Below, in pieces: positions 1-9,330 of a stretch of 49,574 bases of DNA. The notes under the pieces were generated by a model, which had not been told where the DNA came from, searched no databases, and was given only the letters and a program-made list of their open reading frames with translations. Position 1 is the first letter of the stretch, and the number at the start of each line of letters is the position of its first letter. The DNA lies in contig JAUVXW010000035.1 of the NCBI GenBank assembly GCA_030603385.1, forward strand, positions 1 to 49,574, read 5' to 3'. The position numbers were made by a program, and so were the translations under genes. The stretch is from Promethearchaeota archaeon (GTDB taxonomy: Archaea > Asgardarchaeota > Lokiarchaeia > Sigyniarchaeales > SOKP01).

Positions 1-1
1 A

Positions 2-1858
2 ATTGGTGGATTAGGAATTAATCCTAATAGTGGAGGTACACCATATATCGGAGACGATAAATTCATTCCTGGATATACAGCATTTGCCGAAAAAATGCAT
101 AAACACGGTGCTAAAGTCATGGCACAAATAATGCATCAAGGCGCATATTTTCCCAGTCAAAATGCGGTATCAGCTTCTGCAGTGAGATCAAACCTTACAC
201 GAATGGTGCCTAAAGAATTAACCATTGAAGAAATAAAACAAATACATGAAGATCATGCAGTAGCTGCGGAACGCTTATTAGAAGCTGGTTTCGATGGAGT
301 GGAATTACTCGGAAGCGCAGGTTATCTTATTACTCAATTTTTAAGCCCAATAATCAACAAAAGAACCGATGAATATGGTGGATCTTTAGAAAATCGCCTA
401 AGATATCCAATCGAGTTAATAAAACTGATGAAAAAGAGAGTGGGAGGCAAAATGATAGTGGGAATGCGCGTTGCTGGTGATGATTTCGTTCCAGGCTCCA
501 ACGATTGGACGCAAAGCCCAATATTTTCGAAACGTTATGAAGAAGCAGGAATAGAATTTTTAAATGTAACGGGAGGATGGCACGAGACCAGAATTCCGCA
601 AATTCCTATGATGGTACCACAAGCTGCATATGTATATCTCGGTGAGAACATTAAAAAGGAAGTGAATGTCCCCGTTTTTATGGCAAATCGTATAAATGAT
701 CCATTAATAGCAGAACAAATATTAAGAGATGGAAGAGTAGATGCAATTAGTATGGGAAGAGGGCTAATAGCTGACCCAGAATTACCCAATAAAGCGAAAG
801 AAAACCGACTTTGGGATATTATGAAATGCGTGGCTTGTAATCAAGGTTGCTTCGATACAATCTTCAGTGGCAGGTCTGTCGTATGTATGAGAAATTATAT
901 TACAGCCAAAGAAGGAGATATTGACCTAAGCAAGAAAACTGATAATCCTCAAAAGGTATTAGTCGTTGGGAGCGGTCCCGGAGGACTTGAAGCGGCTCGA
1001 ATTGCTGCAGTACTGGGTCATGATGTAACAATAGTAGAAAAAAGCGAATCTATAGGTGGGCAGATGAAAGCTGCTGCTGTTCCACATAGCAGAAGAAATA
1101 TCTCGGAGATGTTAAGTTACTATGAAGCACAAATTCGTCATCGCCATATAAAATTAAGATTGGCAACCGAAGCCACTCTAGAATTTATCAATGATTTTAA
1201 TCCGGATGCTGTTATATTTGCAACTGGAGTAAAGTTCTCAATCCCCAATATTCCAGGAATTGACGGTTCAAATGGGAGCGATATATGTTTTGCAGATGAA
1301 GCTTTAGCCGGAGATCATGTTGTTGGGAAAAATGTCGTTGTTGTTGGTGGGGGAGGAACCGGTTTAGAAACGGCGATTTGGGCTGCCGAGTTAGGAGCCA
1401 TTAATTCCGATATTGCACATTTCCTTAGTTTTTATGAATTGATACCCCAGGAAGAAATTATCAAACGATGGCTGAAAGGAAATCGAAATGTTACCATAAT
1501 AGATGTATTACCGAGACTAGCTACAAACGTGGGACGAACTACAAGGGGATATTTGATCGGTATTTCAAGGAAATTGCAGATAAACTCCATTATGAGTGCA
1601 GAAATCACAAAATTCGAGGGGAATTCGATTGAGTATAAGATTAAGATCCCCGATCAGGAAGAAGAAACCCATACAATTGATAATGTCGATACATTTATTC
1701 TGGCAACTGGAGTGAAGAGTAATACCGATCTTTATGAAAAAGTAAAAGCCACGAATCCATCATACAAAATGTTTAATATTGGGGACAGTAAAGAGCCGAG
1801 AACGATGATGGAAGCAATACATGAAGGATTTGAAACAGCCTATAATCTGGATAAATAA
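2..1858 (+). CDS. fadH: 2,4-dienoyl-CoA reductase-like NADH:flavin oxidoreductase (OYE barrel + Fe-S + FAD/NADPH domains), 5' partial
   Basis: Frame is open from position 2 (IGGLGINP...AEKM). Motifs: GFDGVELLGSAGYLITQFLSP, RTDEYGGSLENR, 4Fe-4S CVACNQGC...C, and two Rossmann motifs (GSGPGG, GGGGTG). Confidence 0.85.
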   Translation: MGGLGINPNSGGTPYIGDDKFIPGYTAFAEKMHKHGAKVMAQIMHQGAYFPSQNAVSASAVRSNLTRMVPKELTIEEIKQIHEDHAVAAERLLEAGFDGVELLGSAGYLITQFLSPIINKRTDEYGGSLENRLRYPIELIKLMKKRVGGKMIVGMRVAGDDFVPGSNDWTQSPIFSKRYEEAGIEFLNVTGGWHETRIPQIPMMVPQAAYVYLGENIKKEVNVPVFMANRINDPLIAEQILRDGRVDAISMGRGLIADPELPNKAKENRLWDIMKCVACNQGCFDTIFSGRSVVCMRNYITAKEGDIDLSKKTDNPQKVLVVGSGPGGLEAARIAAVLGHDVTIVEKSESIGGQMKAAAVPHSRRNISEMLSYYEAQIRHRHIKLRLATEATLEFINDFNPDAVIFATGVKFSIPNIPGIDGSNGSDICFADEALAGDHVVGKNVVVVGGGGTGLETAIWAAELGAINSDIAHFLSFYELIPQEEIIKRWLKGNRNVTIIDVLPRLATNVGRTTRGYLIGISRKLQINSIMSAEITKFEGNSIEYKIKIPDQEEETHTIDNVDTFILATGVKSNTDLYEKVKATNPSYKMFNIGDSKEPRTMMEAIHEGFETAYNLDK

Positions 1859-1974
1859 CTTTCAACCAATTAAAAAACAAATACTTACATTTTTTATTAT
1901 ATTTATAAGTCTTAATTGATAATATTTAAGAGAAGTTCCTAATAAAAACAATAACCTAACTTTATTGATTCGAA

Positions 1975-2958
1975 GTGCAAGATACGAGCATCATAAAAAG
2001 CACTAAAGTTTTCGAAGAGAAGATTTCTAGCAATCTCGAGGGAATTAATACGCAATCCCGAAATTACATTAAGGATATAATGATACTTGTTAATAAAGAG
2101 ATTGGAATCAACAAAATTTTATCAATCCTTTTATTTGGAAGCCAGAGAGCAAAAAGTGAAACTGCTGCAGTTTCCGATTGTGATTTGCTTATAATCTTCA
2201 AGAATCGAGTTTCTAACCATCATATCAAAGAGATAGAAAAATATTTCATTGCTTTAGAAATTAAACATAAATTTAGGGAATTCAATAAGAAATTAAGTAA
2301 AAAGATACTAGGAGTAATCCAACAAACCACAGGAATTTTTGTAAGCCATTTCTTAACAAAAATTAAATATTGGGAAGATGCAAATTTTCATAAAATTTTT
2401 AGGGTAAATAGAGTATTTTCAGCAGTCTTTGCTCCCAGGAATATTGTTTTAGGGAATATTTTAACAAATAGCACTACACTTTATGGCAATGACCTAAAAA
2501 ATAAAATTAGACCAAAACTTCAAATTACTTTTATAGAGATGATAAAAAGCACAATCATGAATCTCATGATTTCTTTTTTCTCAATTGTTATATCATTGCG
2601 TAAAAAACTTGATCCAACAAAATATCAGTTGGAAGCAATAAAATGGGCGCTAAGAGCTTCTAATTTTTATTGCTTTAGAGACTCTGAATCACTGGAAAAA
2701 ATCACAGAACGTTTTATTTCATTTGAAAAATCTAGATCTCAAAAAAATGCTAAAAGATTCTTTACTGATTTTCTGAATTTACGAAAAACTCCTTGTAATG
2801 ATATGAATTTCATGATTCGGTGTCCATTTCGCATTATAAAAATCCACCTAAAAGCAATTATTTACAAAAATTTAATAAAAAGAAAAAGTATAACAAGAAT
2901 TTTGCCTAAGTTTATTGAACCAGCTATTCCAGAACGTACTTTTCCATTAAGATTTTAA
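1975..2958 (+). CDS. Pol-beta superfamily nucleotidyltransferase domain protein with helical C-terminal domain
   Basis: LLFGS...SDCDLLI (hGS-x-DxD) motif; GTG start. Confidence 0.7.
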   Translation: MQDTSIIKSTKVFEEKISSNLEGINTQSRNYIKDIMILVNKEIGINKILSILLFGSQRAKSETAAVSDCDLLIIFKNRVSNHHIKEIEKYFIALEIKHKFREFNKKLSKKILGVIQQTTGIFVSHFLTKIKYWEDANFHKIFRVNRVFSAVFAPRNIVLGNILTNSTTLYGNDLKNKIRPKLQITFIEMIKSTIMNLMISFFSIVISLRKKLDPTKYQLEAIKWALRASNFYCFRDSESLEKITERFISFEKSRSQKNAKRFFTDFLNLRKTPCNDMNFMIRCPFRIIKIHLKAIIYKNLIKRKSITRILPKFIEPAIPERTFPLRF

Positions 2959-3128
2959 GATAAAATGAAGATAAAGTATTTTAGAGAGAAATTTAAATTA
3001 TCGTATATGTAATCTTCAAATATAAAAATATAAATATTTTTTAACTTATTTAGAATTGTAATAGGTTTAGATTTTTTTATCTCAAATATAATAAATTTAT
3101 AAATCATCATTATTGAAGGATTATAATT

Positions 3129-3683
3129 ATGGCTGAACAGATTGATATAAGAGAATTGTTTTTTGATATTTTAGACATAGTAAAATTTGAGCTTAAATTT
3201 TACCAAGATCGTGAATCACCCATGTTCGAGCGAATTGTAAAGACTCGTGTGTTCCAAACTAAGCTCCAAAAATTAAAAGACTTCATAATGACATATTTTG
3301 ATATTCTATATAAAGATGAAGTAAGTCCAATAAACATAGCAGCACTACGTTCACAATTAGATAATATTGCCAGACTTACAAATTATTATGATGATTTATC
3401 GGACTTTTACAAGGATCATACTAAAATTATGATTACTAAAGAAAAATTACTAAGTTTAGTCGAATATTCGCATATTGAGATTTTATTCCTTATTTTCACA
3501 AATATTCTAGATTGGGAGCATTATAAGAGCAGTCTCCTCTTTCCAACTGACAAGGATAAAGAAAAATTATTAAAAGAGTTTCTTGCCAAACTCGCATCAA
3601 GTGATATTAAAGAAGTGGATGATATTATAGATTTAGAACAGACTATCGATAGTTTTGTTCAAAGTTTAGAAGTTGGTTCCTAA
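3129..3683 (+). CDS. hypothetical alpha-helical protein
   Basis: 184-aa ORF with ATG and upstream GAAGGA; no motif recognised. Confidence 0.7.
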   Translation: MAEQIDIRELFFDILDIVKFELKFYQDRESPMFERIVKTRVFQTKLQKLKDFIMTYFDILYKDEVSPINIAALRSQLDNIARLTNYYDDLSDFYKDHTKIMITKEKLLSLVEYSHIEILFLIFTNILDWEHYKSSLLFPTDKDKEKLLKEFLAKLASSDIKEVDDIIDLEQTIDSFVQSLEVGS

Positions 3684-3852
3684 GTATAATTTATAAACTA
3701 TACAATTTTAATATATCTCTTCTTATCTTAAAAAAAAGATCTGTTTTAGCTAATAAAAGAAAGATTTATATTAAGATCAATATGTTGAATTTATAAGAGC
3801 AGAGCTATTTCCATTTACTAATAAATTTTAAGCTAATAATATTTTTAGGAAG

Positions 3853-4362
3853 GTGGTGAATAAGATACCAATATCTGTAAAATTATATGGAGAATTGAGA
3901 GAAAGATTTTCATATAAGAAGGTTGATGCTGGAATCCCAAATACTCTAGAAATCGAGGTTCAAGAGTTTAGAACCGTTTTAGGTATCCTTAAACAGTTAA
4001 GCATCGATGAGAATGAAATAAGTCATATTTTCGTCAATGGAATATTTAGTGGGGCAGGAAAAATGGTTAAGGATGGAGATCGTTTAGGAATATTTCCAAA
4101 AAGGATGGGATTAATGTTTCTGGAGATTACAAAAATTAAATCTATTTATACAAAGATTATACTTCATGAAGAACTAAGGGAATTCGGTCCTACTGAAGCA
4201 ATAGTAGATTTACCAGAAGGCAGTACAATAGATTCAGTATTAAACAAATATAAACTTTCTAAGAAAAGAGATAAAATAGAAGTTATAGTTAATGGTAAAC
4301 CAATCCATGAAGAGGATTATATTATAAAAGATTGGGATAACATAGCGATTTTTCCCTTGTAG
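3853..4362 (+). CDS. tandem MoaD/ThiS (ubiquitin-like beta-grasp) domain protein lacking C-terminal GG
   Basis: Two repeats of the VKLYGELRE...VNG...KDGDRLGIFP pattern (second copy IILHEELRE...VNG...KDWDNIAIFPL). Confidence 0.75.
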   Translation: MVNKIPISVKLYGELRERFSYKKVDAGIPNTLEIEVQEFRTVLGILKQLSIDENEISHIFVNGIFSGAGKMVKDGDRLGIFPKRMGLMFLEITKIKSIYTKIILHEELREFGPTEAIVDLPEGSTIDSVLNKYKLSKKRDKIEVIVNGKPIHEEDYIIKDWDNIAIFPL

Positions 4363-4415
4363 TAAGAGTTTTTAGATTCCTGCAATTTGAATTTAAACAT
4401 AATCTGTAACCATAT

Positions 4416-4464
4416 GATAAAATTACTTTTTATCGTAGGAAAAACGGGATAAATACCTTTTATC
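4416..4464. promoter_or_regulatory. two tandem palindromes, candidate operator
   Basis: GATAAAA-TTACT-TTTTATC (4416-4434) and GATAAA-TACCT-TTTATC (4448-4464). Confidence 0.4.
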
Positions 4465-4575
4465 TCGGGAGAAAAAAGAATATAGATACTTTTAAATTAA
4501 TGATTCTTTATGTAAAGGCTTAAGATATAGAGATAGTGCAGATTTGGGTATAAAATTTAGTTTTTTTTCTTAAAA

Positions 4576-4842
4576 ATGGACGATTGTTTCGATAAAATCT
4601 TAAAGGCAAGTAGCAATTCCGATGTAGCACAATATAAGGTTATTATTAAGTTGATGAAAGATCTCGAAGATGGAATATCAAACGGTTTAAGAGTTAGAAA
4701 TTGCTTAATTTTTTTAATCAACCTATGTTTTAAACAGGAATACTGCGATTATACAGATCGTATAGGGAAACAATCCCAAGACCTTTCAGAAGATGAACGA
4801 ACTCAGATGCTTGATGTTTTAAGGTGGGAGTTCTATAATTAA
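4576..4842 (+). CDS. small hypothetical protein
   Basis: 88-aa ORF, ATG start, ends 6 nt from the convergent MFS stop. Confidence 0.6.
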   Translation: MDDCFDKILKASSNSDVAQYKVIIKLMKDLEDGISNGLRVRNCLIFLINLCFKQEYCDYTDRIGKQSQDLSEDERTQMLDVLRWEFYN

Positions 4843-4848
4843 AATGCA

Positions 4849-7056
4849 TTAAAAAACTGTAAGATCTACTTCTTTCCAGTTATCATATTGATTAAAGATA
4901 TCATCTATTTTTTCTAAAGTATCTATAAGTGCTTTTTTTGTCTGATCATCTTGTTTAAAAGTATCTACTATCACATCATATAGATCTACTTCATATTCTT
5001 GGGTAAGATCTGAGATTTTCCTTAAATCCTCTTGCTGAATCCCTTTTTCTTTTAATTGGTTTAATGCGTATTCAATCTCTTCCTTTAACTTAATAGTTGC
5101 ATTTAAAGATTTAATACATTTATCATATAATTCTTGTTCCTTGTCTCTTATGATAGTCTCATCTTCTGATAATTCTTGGTTTTCTTCTACAATTTCAAGC
5201 CTTTCATTTAATAAGTATTTTATACGTTCATAAATTTGAATTGCTTCTGAAATTTTACCTAATACCTTAATCAAATGCTTTTTACGATTAAGTCGTGCCT
5301 CAATAATTTTTAAACTAGCATCTTCATAATACGTTTGAATTTCTCCAAAAGTACTTTTTTCCCATTCGCTAATTCTAATAGAATTTTTACTTAATTCTCT
5401 TTTGAGGAGATTTATCTCATTGACTGTCAGATTTGGCTGGTTGAGCTTCTTGAATATATTATCTGTTTCATGTTTAAGTAATAAAACTCTTAAATACATA
5501 ATGTGTGCTTTTTTTTCTATATTTGTAATACTTCGAGATTCTCCTTCATGTTCACAGAATTTAAATATCTTTAAAGCATCCTCGAGTAATTTATTGAATT
5601 TAGCTTGATTAGTATGTATGTAATATCTCGCATCTTGAACTTTTTGAATTGCTCTATCCATTTGGATTTCTACCTCGAAGATGTAATCGATCAAACTCAC
5701 TTGCTTTCTTTCTGATAGAATTCTCGATTTATATGTCATATCTTTTTCTACATTTTTACTGGCAAGATACCATAATATTGCTGCCGGAAACCAAAAAAAC
5801 ACAGTAACAAAAAGCATGTTGAAAACACTACCTAATATCGAGATGAGTGTATAAGATATCAAAAGAGTTATTCCTTTACTTAACTGTTCTGAGAGTTTAA
5901 AAAAAGAAGCTGAAGTGCCCTTATGCTCTGGCATATTTACATCAATCATAACGGCATTTCTATTAGCAACCGGTCCTGCCCCTAGCATTGAGGCCATTAA
6001 AGCAAATATAAAGAAGATAATATAAGATGGATATGCAACAAATATCGCTCCAATAGTTCGAAAGATATAGGTCCATAACTGATCTGTGGGGATTGTTTCA
6101 GGATAAGTAATTTTCAATTCAATTACACTAATAGGTTGTAACGAAAGAAGCAAAATTATTGCAAAAGGAATTGAAAATATTAAACATAAAGTAGCTAATC
6201 TAGCCCTATTCCTTTTATTTTTCCGAAATAGGATGTCTCCTAAACGAGCAAACACTGCATTGCCAAGAATATATCCAACACCAATCATACCTGCAAAGAT
6301 AGTAGCTGTTTGTAGCTGTATTTCATTTGGAATCTCATTAAAAAAGTCAGTTATTAACATTGAGGTTATAAAATAAACAAGAACAGTACCGGGTATAATA
6401 GAAAAAAAACCCTGAATTATTAAATAGAAATTTGTTTTCTTTCTTAAAATAGCTCCTAAATCCTCTTTAGAAATTCGATAACTGTATTCTAAGTCCAGCT
6501 CAATTAAATCTAGAAGTTCATCCTCACCTGCTCCTCTTTGAGGGATTTTTACAAAGAAAAGTATAAAAATAACAATTACACTAATCACAGCAAGTAAGAG
6601 AAATGGAAACCTCCAACCAAAAATTGGACCTAAGAAAGAAGAAAGTCCTTGTCCAGCACCATTGGATATTGAACTTAAAATAGCTACAGTACCAAACCAA
6701 CCAGATCTTTCTTCAGCAGGTATCGCATCTGAGATAATAGAATAACCAACAGGTAAAACACATCCTAATCCAGCTCCACTTGATAGCCTGGAAATTACTA
6801 ACATTAGATAGGAATTTGAAAACGCTGTTAAAAGCATCCCAACTGTCCATGAAAATGCTCCTGCTACTAATACTTTTCCTCTATCAATTCTGTCCGCCCA
6901 ATATCCCCAAAGCAAGGCAAAAAATGCACTAATTAATACAAAAAATGCATCTGGAATTGCTATTAAGGCTTCTGGGATATTAAACTCTTCTCTAATAGCA
7001 GCATAGCTAGGTATAAGCATATTAGCGCACGCTATTGAAACGAAAAGCAATAACAT
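4849..7056 (-). CDS. MFS transporter (Spinster-like) fused to a long C-terminal helical/coiled-coil domain; true start probably upstream, near 7116
   Basis: Motif A GYWADRIDRGK, about 12 hydrophobic segments, then about 290 aa of charged helical tail. The frame stays open upstream to 7122. Confidence 0.85.
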   Translation of the reverse strand: MLLLFVSIACANMLIPSYAAIREEFNIPEALIAIPDAFFVLISAFFALLWGYWADRIDRGKVLVAGAFSWTVGMLLTAFSNSYLMLVISRLSSGAGLGCVLPVGYSIISDAIPAEERSGWFGTVAILSSISNGAGQGLSSFLGPIFGWRFPFLLLAVISVIVIFILFFVKIPQRGAGEDELLDLIELDLEYSYRISKEDLGAILRKKTNFYLIIQGFFSIIPGTVLVYFITSMLITDFFNEIPNEIQLQTATIFAGMIGVGYILGNAVFARLGDILFRKNKRNRARLATLCLIFSIPFAIILLLSLQPISVIELKITYPETIPTDQLWTYIFRTIGAIFVAYPSYIIFFIFALMASMLGAGPVANRNAVMIDVNMPEHKGTSASFFKLSEQLSKGITLLISYTLISILGSVFNMLFVTVFFWFPAAILWYLASKNVEKDMTYKSRILSERKQVSLIDYIFEVEIQMDRAIQKVQDARYYIHTNQAKFNKLLEDALKIFKFCEHEGESRSITNIEKKAHIMYLRVLLLKHETDNIFKKLNQPNLTVNEINLLKRELSKNSIRISEWEKSTFGEIQTYYEDASLKIIEARLNRKKHLIKVLGKISEAIQIYERIKYLLNERLEIVEENQELSEDETIIRDKEQELYDKCIKSLNATIKLKEEIEYALNQLKEKGIQQEDLRKISDLTQEYEVDLYDVIVDTFKQDDQTKKALIDTLEKIDDIFNQYDNWKEVDLTVF

Positions 7057-7182
7057 TACTAAGATAATCGGTGCAAGATCTTTGAATTTGACAGTTGTAA
7101 GTTTAGATCGTCCGATAAGGAATTACCATATTATTTTAATTATAATAAATAGCATTTGAAAGTTAAAAAAACTTACAAACAA

Positions 7183-7455
7183 CTATTGTATTGATAAATA
7201 GTGATTCAAGGTTGCTTCCACATGAAGTTCTAAAATGTCAAGCAATCTAATTTTTGTGCCTTTTTGATTTAAAACTAAAGGCAATTCAGTACATCCTAAA
7301 ATTACTCCATCTACGTCGTATTTATTAATAATCTGAAGCAGTCTCTTCTTAGATTCATGTCTATAAAAACCAATCACTAATTCATCAAATATAATCTTAT
7401 CTATTTCGTCCTGTTCTGCTTCGGAGGGAGTAATTATTTCAATACCTAATTTCAT
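7183..7455 (-). pseudogene. C-terminal fragment of an aspartate/glutamate racemase
   Basis: ILGCTELP catalytic motif and IIFDEL segment present. The N-terminal ~140 aa of the usual ~230-aa protein is absent upstream. Confidence 0.7.
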
Positions 7456-7525
7456 ATAGATATACTTATTTGTCAGATTTAGAGTTATTTTTAGGTTTAA
7501 AATCTATTTCTACCTTTTAGATATT

Positions 7526-7549
7526 TTCGTGAAATCATCGTTTCACGAA
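7526..7549. repeat. perfect 9-bp inverted repeat
   Basis: TTCGTGAAA-TCATCG-TTTCACGAA. Confidence 0.7.
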
Positions 7550-7643
7550 TTTCAAAAATAAGTTAGATTAAATTCTAAGAAAAATGCATAAAATTAGATC
7601 TATAATCACTCATAACAGAAATATTCCCAAGAAAAAGTCCTGA

Positions 7644-7657
7644 AATCTCAACTCCAA
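7644..7657 (+). repeat. direct repeat, left copy, flanking the MNT/HEPN cassette
   Basis: AATCTCAACTCCAA, identical to 8956-8969. Confidence 0.75.
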
Positions 7658-7701
7658 CATAATTTTTATTTTGAACAAGGATAAGTATATAATTATAAAC
7701 C

Positions 7702-7724
7702 AAAAGTATATATTATTATACTTT
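7702..7724 (+). promoter_or_regulatory. BRE/TATA promoter overlapped by an inverted repeat (candidate autoregulatory operator)
   Basis: AAAAG-TATATAT lies about 25-30 nt upstream of ATG 7738. AAAGTATA(7703-7710)-N6-TATACTTT(7717-7724). Confidence 0.55.
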
Positions 7725-7737
7725 AATTATTATATTA

Positions 7738-8493
7738 ATGAAATTAATTGACGAATATTCCTTAAATTTATTAAAACATTTAGAAGTATCCAGAGAATCT
7801 AGCTTCACAGGACTTAATATTGCCATTAAAAATAAGAAAACACGCTCAGAAAGGTTGAAATTTTTACTAAAAAAGAAGCTACTTATCCAAGAACGTCGAT
7901 TATATCGCATGACAGAACGCGGAATAAAATTTCTGAAAATACTTGAAAAAGCGGAAGCAATTATCCGAGAAGAAAGATTCTATGAGAATTACGATCATGT
8001 TCCATATATTTTTCGAAATTACTTAAATTCTTATGTTTCTCTCTTAAAAGAAAACTTTAATAATAATCTTATATCAGTTATATTGTATGGCTCTGTAGCG
8101 CGGGGAAAATGGACCCATGAAAGTGATATTGATTTATTACTAATATTTTCGGATGAAATTGTAAATTTATCGGGATTTAACAAGACTTTAACAAATAAAA
8201 CAGTAACTTTCGAAAAAACTCTTCAATTGAAAGATGGAAATAATAAAACAATCTATTGCTCTTTACAAGAATACCCAATATTCTTAAATGATTTAGACAA
8301 TTTTAGGACTTTATTTTATGATATAGCCATGGATGGAATTATATTATACGACAGAGCTAACGTGGGCTTTAGCTTCATTGAAAGAATAAATAAAAGAATA
8401 TTAAATAAAAATATAAAACGGATCTTTATTTCTGATAAAGATTTTTATTGGAAGCGAAATAATGTTGAATTTGGTGAATTAATCGAATTATGA
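7738..8493 (+). CDS. winged-helix HTH fused to minimal nucleotidyltransferase (MNT antitoxin-like)
   Basis: N-terminal ...YRMTERGIKFL wHTH wing; LYGSVARG...SDIDLL; FYDIAMDGIILYDR. Confidence 0.85.
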   Translation: MKLIDEYSLNLLKHLEVSRESSFTGLNIAIKNKKTRSERLKFLLKKKLLIQERRLYRMTERGIKFLKILEKAEAIIREERFYENYDHVPYIFRNYLNSYVSLLKENFNNNLISVILYGSVARGKWTHESDIDLLLIFSDEIVNLSGFNKTLTNKTVTFEKTLQLKDGNNKTIYCSLQEYPIFLNDLDNFRTLFYDIAMDGIILYDRANVGFSFIERINKRILNKNIKRIFISDKDFYWKRNNVEFGELIEL

Positions 8494-8918
8494 ATAATAT
8501 TGAAGTTGCTAAGGAAGGGCTAAAAAGAGGAAAACAATGGCAACAAAATGCGAGTCGAGCTTTTGAAGATAAACGATGGAATGACGTAGTATTTTCTTAT
8601 GAAATGGCTGTAGAGCAATCATTAAAAGCTATTTTAATCCTTTTTGGTATTGAATACCCTAAAATTCACAATATATCAAAACTTTATTTGAGTATAAAAA
8701 AGACCGGTATCCCAAAATGGTTTGTAGATAACATGGATTTCCACGCAGAAACATTGAAAGATTTGGTTAAATTAAGAATCAAAGCTGCCTATGGATATGT
8801 TAATGGATTAACCAAAGAGGATTTCAAGGAAGATGCAATTGAATTTAAGGCTTCTGTTTCTAAAATTATGAATGACTGTGAAAAACTTATAATTGATTTT
8901 TCAAAAAAAAGTATTTAA
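8490..8918 (+). CDS. HEPN domain protein (toxin partner of MNT)
   Basis: MAVEQSLKAIL, YPKIHNI, R-x4-Y (RIKAAY); ATGA overlap with the MNT gene. Confidence 0.85.
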   Translation: MNNIEVAKEGLKRGKQWQQNASRAFEDKRWNDVVFSYEMAVEQSLKAILILFGIEYPKIHNISKLYLSIKKTGIPKWFVDNMDFHAETLKDLVKLRIKAAYGYVNGLTKEDFKEDAIEFKASVSKIMNDCEKLIIDFSKKSI

Positions 8919-8955
8919 GGGTTAATAGTATAGAATGTGATAAAAAAAAACCTAT

Positions 8956-8969
8956 AATCTCAACTCCAA
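8956..8969 (+). repeat. direct repeat, right copy, flanking the MNT/HEPN cassette
   Basis: AATCTCAACTCCAA, identical to 7644-7657. Confidence 0.75.
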
Positions 8970-9065
8970 TTTAGTTTCTAATTATTATTTTTAGGCCATT
9001 AGGTATCTTTAATCCTAGAATAGAAAAATTTAATTATTTGGGAATGTTTTAAAATATATAATATT

Positions 9066-9137
9066 GGGGTCATGGATTAGTGGAAGATCGTTCGCTTGGC
9101 ATGCGAAAGGCCGCGGGTTCAATTCCCGCTGACTCCA
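9066..9137 (+). tRNA. tRNA-Ala(GGC), no intron, CCA not encoded
   Basis: Acceptor stem GGGGTCA/TGACTCC with G3:U70; anticodon arm TTCGC-TTGGCAT-GCGAA; T-loop TTCAATT. Confidence 0.97.
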
Positions 9138-9330
9138 TTGTTTTCTCTCGACTTTGGTTATTTTCTTTGAAATAAATTAATATAAGATTGATATAATTCT
9201 ATTGTTCTTGAACTTACAGGGAACTAAGAAAAATAAAGAAAAATTGGTAAAGATGTCATGAGACTTTCATGCTTTCTAATTCGAATAATTTTAATTATAA
9301 TGATTTGTAGGATTTTATTAGATTCGTTAT

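Noticed and set aside
7644-9137. Direct repeats as tRNA-Ala att sites or integron attC sites
   Set aside because: Only ACTCCA is shared with the tRNA 3' end, no RYYYAAC/GTTRRRY hairpin pair was found, and there is no integrase.
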